Positions 18,737 to 24,000 of a DNA stretch of 24,000 bases are shown piece after piece. Every line of letters starts with the position of its first letter. Position 1 is the stretch's first letter. Source of the DNA: Pseudomonadota bacterium (GTDB lineage Bacteria > Pseudomonadota > Gammaproteobacteria > Pseudomonadales > Moraxellaceae); the NCBI GenBank assembly GCA_052034295.1, contig JBPOIS010000036.1, positions 4,394 through 28,393 on the forward strand, written 5' to 3'. The translations under genes were made by a program, and so were the position numbers. Below the pieces are notes generated by a model. It made no database searches. It was not told the DNA's origin and saw only the letters and a list, made by a program, of their open reading frames with translations.

Positions 18737-18830
18737 GTTCAGGACAGCGATCAAAAAACTCTGTCTGCTAACTTAGCAGCTTCACCGCAGGCTGCAAAGC
18801 CAGCCGGCCCGATCCTGTCGGCCCTGCTGC

Positions 18831-18848
18831 TGTAAGCCAAAGCGTACA
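18831..18848 (+). promoter_or_regulatory. GacA/UvrY-type upstream activating box (TGTAAG-N6-CTTACA-like)
   Basis: TGTAAGCCAAAGCGTACA matches the palindromic consensus TGTAAGN6CTTACA at 11 of 12 specified positions. It lies about 60-75 nt upstream of the GGA-rich RNA candidate. Confidence 0.5.
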
Positions 18849-18904
18849 CACTGTGTCAGGAATGTAAGCTTTTTTGAGGATCGTGTTTCCGCGATGATGG
18901 TTAC

Positions 18905-19061
18905 ACGGCACAGGGATGCTGGTCAGGATGACCCGAAGGAAGGACCGCCGTAGGATGACAGGTGACGCTGTAACCCAGTGAGACCTGCAAGGAAGACTCA
19001 ACAGGACGTTGCGCATGAGACCCGCCCCCCTCAGGATGAGATTGGGCGGGTTTTCTCTTTC
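18905..19061 (+). ncRNA. candidate Csr/Rsm-family sRNA (CsrA/RsmA sponge); 5' end uncertain, could be as early as about 18877
   Basis: No credible ORF is present. A(N)GGA motifs lie at 18912-16, 18925-28, 18938-44 (double), 18952-55, 18991-93, 19003-06 and 19033-36. GGUC-AGGAU-GACC forms a hairpin at 18921-18933. One more AGGAUGA sits in the loop of the terminal stem, which is followed by UUUUCUCUUUC. A GacA-type box lies upstream. Confidence 0.55.
19020..19061 (+). terminator. Rho-independent terminator (3' end of the sRNA candidate)
   Basis: ACCCGCCC (19020-19027) pairs with GGGCGGGT (19044-19051). An inner CTCA/TGAG helix presents AGGA in the loop, and a T-rich tail TTTTCTCTTTC runs to 19061. 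The plus-strand orientation is the one with the U-tract. Confidence 0.8.
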
Positions 19062-19188
19062 TGGAATACCCCCATCCGGGTGTTTTTGTCCTGCACTGCC
19101 CAATGCCCTCCTGAATGCAGAATGCCTGCCCGGTGCCATGATGCTGTGGTCAGCCACAGCCTGCAGACTGCCCTGCCCGCACCGCACC

Positions 19189-19410
19189 CTAGCGGTTCCA
19201 CCACCATTTGCTGCGGGTGGGCTCTTCGCTGGGATGCTCTGACAGTGGCGTGTCGCTGGGCTGCTCCTGATTCAGATAGCGAATGATTTCCTGCCGCTCT
19301 TCACGATAGGCTTCCGGGCTGATCTGGCCTTGCAGGCGCTGCAGGTCCAGCTGCCGGAGCCGCTCATTGGCCTGCTGGAACTGGACGCTGTGATTCACCG
19401 GACTAGTCAC
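19189..19410 (-). CDS. small SHOCT-like protein (hypothetical), coupled to the PP2C gene
   Basis: 73-aa track ORF. Its GTG start at 19410 overlaps the PP2C stop (TAG 19405-19403) by 8 nt. LRQLDLQRLQGQISPEAYREERQEIIRYL resembles the SHOCT short C-terminal domain pattern (G-x-I-[ST]-x-E-E-[FY]...). It has an acidic/Pro tail ending in KWWWNR and good third-position GC. Confidence 0.5.
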   Translation of the reverse strand: MTSPVNHSVQFQQANERLRQLDLQRLQGQISPEAYREERQEIIRYLNQEQPSDTPLSEHPSEEPTRSKWWWNR

Positions 19411-20122
19411 GAATTTTCACCACGATTGCGGAAATGTTGTCATCAGCCCCGCCCTCCAGCGCCACGGTCAGCATGCAGTCGGCTGCATCGCGCGGGTTGA
19501 GGCCTGCTGCGAGGTCACACAGGTCGAGCTCATCGACTTCATTGTAAAGCCCATCGGAGCACAGAATATAGCTGTCTCCCGGCAGCGGTTCAAACAGCCG
19601 GCAATCCAGCGCCAGTTCTTCATCGGCACCCACGGCACGGGTGATGACATTGCGCGCCGGGTGCAGGTGGGCTTCTTCCTCGGCCAGCGTGCCCTGGTCA
19701 ATCAGGCGCTGGATCAGCGAATGGTCGGTGCTGATGCGCTCCAGCTGGTGGTCGCGCACCCGGTACAGCCGCGAATCCCCGGCCCACAGGCACACCCCGA
19801 TTCGACTGGACAGCACCATCACCACCACGGTACTGCCCACCGTGCCCATCTGTTTTTCGCGGGCATACAGGCGCAGCTGATGATTGACCGCATCAATGGC
19901 CTGATCGATCTCGTCCACCACTTCAGAGACCTGACGCTGGCGCACATTGAGACTGCGTAACCGTGCCGTAATCAGCTGGCTGGCATAATCGCCGGCAGCA
20001 TGGCCCCCCATGCCATCGGCGACGGCCCAGATGCCCTGAATGGGGGAATCCAGCACCGAGTCTTCATTGATCTTGCGCCGCGTGCCAACGTCTGTGATGT
20101 GGGCAGAGGTCCAAATTAGCAT
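19403..20122 (-). CDS. PP2C/PPM-family Ser/Thr protein phosphatase
   Basis: 239 aa. Motifs are TDVGTRRKINEDS, AVADGMGGHAAGDYAS, GSTVVVMV, WAGDSRLY, ILCSDGL and GGADDNISAIVV, which include the metal-binding Asp residues typical of bacterial PP2C (Stp/PrpC-like). GGGGAG SD lies 6 nt upstream. Confidence 0.9.
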   Translation of the reverse strand: MLIWTSAHITDVGTRRKINEDSVLDSPIQGIWAVADGMGGHAAGDYASQLITARLRSLNVRQRQVSEVVDEIDQAIDAVNHQLRLYAREKQMGTVGSTVVVMVLSSRIGVCLWAGDSRLYRVRDHQLERISTDHSLIQRLIDQGTLAEEEAHLHPARNVITRAVGADEELALDCRLFEPLPGDSYILCSDGLYNEVDELDLCDLAAGLNPRDAADCMLTVALEGGADDNISAIVVKIRD

Positions 20123-20189
20123 GTCATCTCCCCACCCGATTCAATCCCACACCCAACATTCCCTGTTTCTTGCAAGTGATGTTATCGTT

Positions 20190-21251
20190 TTAGCGGTGAC
20201 GGTGCAGCAAAAATACGCCGAGCAGCGCCGTGAGCAGGATGGGCAACAGGATAAACCAGCCAATGGCCCCCTGAAACAGCAGACTGACATAGCCCAGAAA
20301 ATCCTGCAAGTAACGAAAGCCCAATCCCACAAACAGCGCCGTCACCAGCCGCAGCCCCATGGTCTGCTGGCGCAGCGAGCCAAAAATGAACGAGCAGGCC
20401 AGAATCACCAGCGCCGCCAGTCCCAGCGGGGCGGTGAGTTTTTGCCAGAGGGCCAGCCGGAACGTGCGCGGCAGCGTCTCGCCCTGGGCCTGGAGGTATT
20501 GCCCATATCGCCACAGGGTTGACGGGGCCAGCAGCTCCGGGGACTGGGTGGCCACATGAATCCAGCGCGGCTGCAGCGGCAGCGCCAGATCCACAGACGG
20601 GTGCACCGTCCGCGTGGCCACCCCGCTGGTGGCCAGTTGCACCACCTGCACCTGCTGCAAGTGCCACACCTGCCCCTGTTGATAGTGGCCGGTCTGTGCG
20701 GTCAGGGTCTGGCGCAGGCGTCCCTGCGGGTCAAAATCCAGCAGCTGCACCCCGAAAATCTGTCCTGTGGCGGTGGCGCGCTGTACGTACAGCAGCCGGG
20801 CCTGCTGGCGCACCCAGTGGCCCTGCACTTCGCCGTGGCGCAGGCTGACCGAGGGGTCACGCACGCTGGCTGCCTGCTGGCTGGTGTACGGAATGATGCT
20901 TTCTGAGAGCAGCAGGTTCAGCACCAGCAACACACTGGCTGGCCAGAGGGTCCAGCCGACGATGCGCCACAGGCTGACCCCAGAGGCCCGCATCACCGTC
21001 AGCGCCCCTTCGCCAGCCAGCAACCCCAGCCCCACCACACTGCCCATCAGCGCGGTGATCGGCAACAATTCATACAGGTACTCCGGCATCGACCACAGCA
21101 CATAACCCACGGCCTGCAGCGGACGGTAGTGCTCGGTCAGGTTGCCCAGCTCGGCAATGTAGGCAAAAATCAGCTGCAAAAGCAGCAACAGCAGCGTGGT
21201 GCCGGCCATCGCCAGTCCGGTGCTGGACACCACATAACGACGCAGGATCAT
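20190..21251 (-). CDS. lptG: LPS export ABC transporter permease LptG
   Basis: Frame of track ORF 20190..21569. Start set at ATG 21251 (MILRRYVVSSTGLAMAG...), which overlaps the lptF stop as ATGA. YjgP/YjgQ permease architecture: three TM helices, a periplasmic beta-jellyroll, then three TM helices. The upstream 106 codons of the track ORF lie inside lptF and were rejected. Confidence 0.92.
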   Translation of the reverse strand: MILRRYVVSSTGLAMAGTTLLLLLLQLIFAYIAELGNLTEHYRPLQAVGYVLWSMPEYLYELLPITALMGSVVGLGLLAGEGALTVMRASGVSLWRIVGWTLWPASVLLVLNLLLSESIIPYTSQQAASVRDPSVSLRHGEVQGHWVRQQARLLYVQRATATGQIFGVQLLDFDPQGRLRQTLTAQTGHYQQGQVWHLQQVQVVQLATSGVATRTVHPSVDLALPLQPRWIHVATQSPELLAPSTLWRYGQYLQAQGETLPRTFRLALWQKLTAPLGLAALVILACSFIFGSLRQQTMGLRLVTALFVGLGFRYLQDFLGYVSLLFQGAIGWFILLPILLTALLGVFLLHRHR

Positions 21252-22336
21252 GAACGCAGGCTCCGGATGCGCGCGGCCAGCTGGGGACGGCGGGACCAGA
21301 ACAGCCCCAGCCCGGCATAGGCCAGCAGCACCAGCGCCGGAGCCTCCGCAGGCCATTTGCCTTTGGCCACCTGCGGCTTCAGACCGACCAGCAGCACCAC
21401 CAGCGAGGCAAACACCAGCACGGCCGGAAACAGCCGCAGCCAGCGGCCCTGACGGGGACTGACCTCTGACAGGGGCAGGGCCAGCAACAGCGCCAGCGGC
21501 AGGGTCAGGGCAATCGACAGCCGCCAGCCCAGCTCCGCCTGTGCCGGGGCCTCGGTGCGCTGGCGCCACAGCTGCGCCAGGGGCATTTTTTCATAGTGCT
21601 TTTCGGACTGCGGACTGTCCGGTTCGTGCGCCAGTCGCAGCCGGTAATAGGCAAACTCAGCATGGCTGTACTCGGGCGATCCCGGCCGCAGCAGGTATTG
21701 GCGGCCATTGGTCAGGTCGACGATGCTGGCTTTTTTTTCCGGGTCCATCACCCGCCGGGCCCGCTCGGCCACGATCATGCGGTCGGCAGCACCCGGCTCA
21801 CTGGCGCGCTGGTAAAAAAACACATGTTTCAGTTCGGCTTTCTGGTCGCCCTGACTTTCAGCGTACAGCGTGTAGGCCCCGCTGGACACAAAAGTGCCGG
21901 TCTGCACCAGATCAAAGCCGCTGCGCGCGGCCTGCTCGGCAAACAGGCGGTCGGTCTCACGGTTGCTCCACGGGCCCACCCACAGGGCCAGCGCGGCCTC
22001 CAGCACCGCCAGGGCCAGCACCAGCGGCAGCAGCTGTACGCCGAGCTGGGGGCGGCTGATGCCACTGGCGTTGAACACGGCCATCTCATGGTCCACATAC
22101 AGGCGGCCAAAGGTCAGCATCAGCGCCAGAAACACCGACAGCGGCAGGATCAGCACCAAAAAATCCGGCATGCGGAAGGCAATCAGCTCCAGCAGCACCG
22201 TAACGTCCAGACGGCCATCCACGGCCAGTCCCAGATAGCGCACCAGACGGCCACCCATGGCAATCAGCACCAGCAGCAGTACCAGTACCGCGGTGGTGCT
22301 GGCAATCTGGGTGGAAAGGTAACGGCGAATAATCAA
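21248..22336 (-). CDS. lptF: LPS export ABC transporter permease LptF
   Basis: Frame of track ORF 21248..22366 (GTG start). I prefer TTG 22336, which gives (M)IIRRYLSTQIASTT..., matches the usual LptF N-terminus (MIIIRYL in E. coli) and has AGGA 9 nt upstream. GTG 22366 remains possible. The gene is divergent from pepA, as in E. coli. Confidence 0.92.
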   Translation of the reverse strand: MIIRRYLSTQIASTTAVLVLLLVLIAMGGRLVRYLGLAVDGRLDVTVLLELIAFRMPDFLVLILPLSVFLALMLTFGRLYVDHEMAVFNASGISRPQLGVQLLPLVLALAVLEAALALWVGPWSNRETDRLFAEQAARSGFDLVQTGTFVSSGAYTLYAESQGDQKAELKHVFFYQRASEPGAADRMIVAERARRVMDPEKKASIVDLTNGRQYLLRPGSPEYSHAEFAYYRLRLAHEPDSPQSEKHYEKMPLAQLWRQRTEAPAQAELGWRLSIALTLPLALLLALPLSEVSPRQGRWLRLFPAVLVFASLVVLLVGLKPQVAKGKWPAEAPALVLLAYAGLGLFWSRRPQLAARIRSLRS

Positions 22337-22504
22337 CGGCGATCGTCCTGCAAGGGCTGGCACCACGGTGGGGCGAGTGTAACCGATAGCGCCCTCAGGG
22401 TACGATTTATGCAGATCGGGGGCAATCCGCCTGTACTGAACTGTTCAGGCTGCACAGACAGTGATTTAATGCGTTTTTGTCCTGCCTGTCTTGGGTCCCG
22501 TGTC

Positions 22505-23968
22505 ATGAAGCTACAGATTGTCGATCAATTGCCTGCAGACGCCGAAGTGCTGGTGGTGCTGCTGGACAGCCGCGCCGTGGACCCTGCCGCGCCGCCCCTG
22601 CCCCACCTGCCGGAAGCCGCGGCCAGCCTGCTGCGCGAGCTGGCCGGCAAGGCGGCCTATCAGGCCAAACCGGGCGAGCTGCTGCCGGTGTATACCGGGG
22701 TTGAGGGGCTGGCCAGCCAGCTGCTGGGGGTAGGTCTGGGCAAGCCTGAAGAGCTGAAGGCCGGTCAGGCCCAGACCGTGGCGGCAGCGCTGTACAAGGC
22801 CCTGTCCAGCCGGGTCACCCAGGCCACGGTACTGCTGGAAGGTCTGGAGGACAGCCTGCTGGATGCATTCCTGCTGGCGCTGGCCAATGCCAGTTATGCT
22901 TTTGAAACCTATAAGGAAAAACCCACACCGCGCCGTCTGGCGTCGCTGACGCTGGTGCACCCGCAGGCCGCAGACCTGCAGGCACGGCTGGCCTTCATTC
23001 AGGCGGTGCATCAGGGCCAGAATCTGGCCCGTGATCTGGCCAACCAGCCGGCCAATGTCTGTCACCCCAGCTACATGGCCGAGCAGGCGCTGGCGCTGGC
23101 GGCTGAGTTTCCCGAACTGCTGCGGGTGACCGTGCTGGACGAGCAGCAAATGGCCGAGCTGGGCATGAACGTCTTTCTCTCGGTGGGCCGGGGTTCCGAG
23201 CAGCCGCCCCGGCTGATCACCCTGGAATATCAGGGCCAGCCGGACCAGCAGCCGGTGGTGCTGGTGGGCAAGGGCATCACTTTTGACACCGGGGGGATTT
23301 CCATCAAGCCCGCGGCAGGCATGGATGAGATGAAATTTGACATGGCCGGGGCCGCCAGTGTGCTGGGGGTGATGCGGGCGCTGTGCGAAAGCCGCCTGCC
23401 CATCGCCGTGGTCGGGGCACTGGCCTGTGCCGAAAACATGCCTTCCGGCCGGGCCAGCCGTCCGGGCGACATCGTCAAGTCCATGAGTGGCCAGACCGTT
23501 GAGATCCTCAACACCGACGCCGAAGGCCGGCTGGTGTTGTGCGACACCCTGACCTACGTCAAGCGCTTCAATCCGGCGCTGGTGGTGGACATTGCCACCC
23601 TGACCGGGGCGTGCATTGTGGCTTTGGGCAAGGTGGTGGCCGGGCTGTTCAGCCCCGATGATGCGCTGGCGGCAGAGCTGAGTGCCGCAGGCAGCGTGCT
23701 GCATGACCGGGTGTGGCGGATGCCGGTGTGGGAGGATTATCAGGAGCTGCTGGATTCGCCGGTGGCCGACATCGCCAACATCGGCGGGCCCACGGCGGGC
23801 TCGGTGACGGCAGCCTGCTTTCTGGCCCGGTTCACCAGGGACTACCGCTGGGCGCACCTCGACATTGCAGGGGTGTCGCACCTGTCCGGCCCCAACAAGG
23901 GGGCCACGGGCCGTCCGGTGCCGCTGCTGATGCAGTTCCTGCGCCAGCGGGCCCAGTCTGCCGACTGA
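22505..23968 (+). CDS. pepA: leucyl aminopeptidase PepA (M17 family)
   Basis: Frame of track ORF 21596..23968, with start set at ATG 22505 (MKLQIVDQLPADAEVLVV). M17 motifs are VGKGITFDTGGISIKP, MKFDMAGAA and the signature NTDAEGRLVLCD, followed by ATLTGAC. Confidence 0.96.
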   Translation: MKLQIVDQLPADAEVLVVLLDSRAVDPAAPPLPHLPEAAASLLRELAGKAAYQAKPGELLPVYTGVEGLASQLLGVGLGKPEELKAGQAQTVAAALYKALSSRVTQATVLLEGLEDSLLDAFLLALANASYAFETYKEKPTPRRLASLTLVHPQAADLQARLAFIQAVHQGQNLARDLANQPANVCHPSYMAEQALALAAEFPELLRVTVLDEQQMAELGMNVFLSVGRGSEQPPRLITLEYQGQPDQQPVVLVGKGITFDTGGISIKPAAGMDEMKFDMAGAASVLGVMRALCESRLPIAVVGALACAENMPSGRASRPGDIVKSMSGQTVEILNTDAEGRLVLCDTLTYVKRFNPALVVDIATLTGACIVALGKVVAGLFSPDDALAAELSAAGSVLHDRVWRMPVWEDYQELLDSPVADIANIGGPTAGSVTAACFLARFTRDYRWAHLDIAGVSHLSGPNKGATGRPVPLLMQFLRQRAQSAD

Positions 23969-24000
23969 AGGCCCAGCCCCCATGCCTGCCGGGACCGTGC

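Noticed and set aside
18890-19000. Possible cobalamin riboswitch (AGTGAGACCTGC resembles the B12 box) or SRP/4.5S RNA (GGTCAGG...GAAGGAAG resembles helix 8)
   Set aside because: The other conserved cobalamin elements (GGGAA..GGTG..AATCC, CCCGCCACTGT, GCCACTG) are not present in order, and no plus-strand gene lies downstream to regulate. The invariant SRP core AGGUCCGGAAGGAAGCAGC is not matched. The repeated AGGAUGA motifs fit a Csr/Rsm RNA better.
18768-19187. 139-aa minus-strand ORF (and 102/77-aa plus-strand ORFs) in the P4H-PP2C gap
   Set aside because: Composition is poor (Arg/Cys/Pro-rich), third-position GC is lower and no SD is present. The region is better explained by the GGA-rich sRNA and its terminator.
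21252-21569. 106-codon upstream extension of lptG
   Set aside because: It lies inside lptF in another frame. The ATGA stop/start overlap at 21248-21251 gives the canonical LptG N-terminus.
21596-22504. 303-codon N-terminal extension of the pepA ORF in the track (790 aa)
   Set aside because: The extension lies antisense to lptF and has Gln/His/Arg-rich nonsense composition. Homology-like sequence begins at MKLQIVD (22505).
22511-23983. 490-aa minus-strand ORF
   Set aside because: It is antisense to pepA and has no motifs; it is a GC-rich artefact.
23982-24000. ATG at 23982 (MPAGTV...) as the start of the next gene; holC often follows pepA
   Set aside because: Only 6 codons are visible, which is too little to call a CDS or its identity.

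Overview
GC-rich proteobacterial (gammaproteobacterium-like) chromosomal region, mostly conserved housekeeping genes. Left to right: 5' end of a response-regulator gene (-), MscS-family channel (+), small His/Ala/Pro-rich secreted protein (-), uvrC (-), Thr/Pro/Val-rich secreted protein (+), fadB-fadA beta-oxidation operon (+), Zn-dependent alcohol dehydrogenase (+), two-TM coiled-coil protein (+). Then on the minus strand: a 566-aa nucleotidyltransferase-like/kinase fusion, creB, creC, creD and a coupled small ORF. Then a predicted outer-membrane beta-barrel (+), a prolyl-4-hydroxylase-type 2OG oxygenase (-), a non-coding gap, lptF-lptG-PP2C phosphatase-small SHOCT-like ORF (-), and pepA divergent from lptF (+). 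The main find is the non-coding gap at about 18.83-19.06 kb. It has the hallmarks of an unannotated Csr/Rsm-family CsrA/RsmA-titrating small RNA: 7-9 A(N)GGA motifs, some in hairpin loops, an intrinsic terminator, and a near-perfect GacA/UvrY box upstream. Second, an exact CreB cre tag (TTCAC-N6-TTCAC) lies in the creC-creD gap. Other points of interest are a terminator-like hairpin in the fadBA leader, two in-frame tandem micro-duplications, an orphan PP2C/SHOCT pair appended to lptFG, and a kinase fusion with a degenerate nucleotidyltransferase half. I saw no rRNA, tRNA, CRISPR array, IS element or phage gene. Many long ORFs in the six-frame track are antisense or out-of-frame artefacts of the high GC content. 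All calls rest on reading the sequence and recognising motifs; no searches were run.
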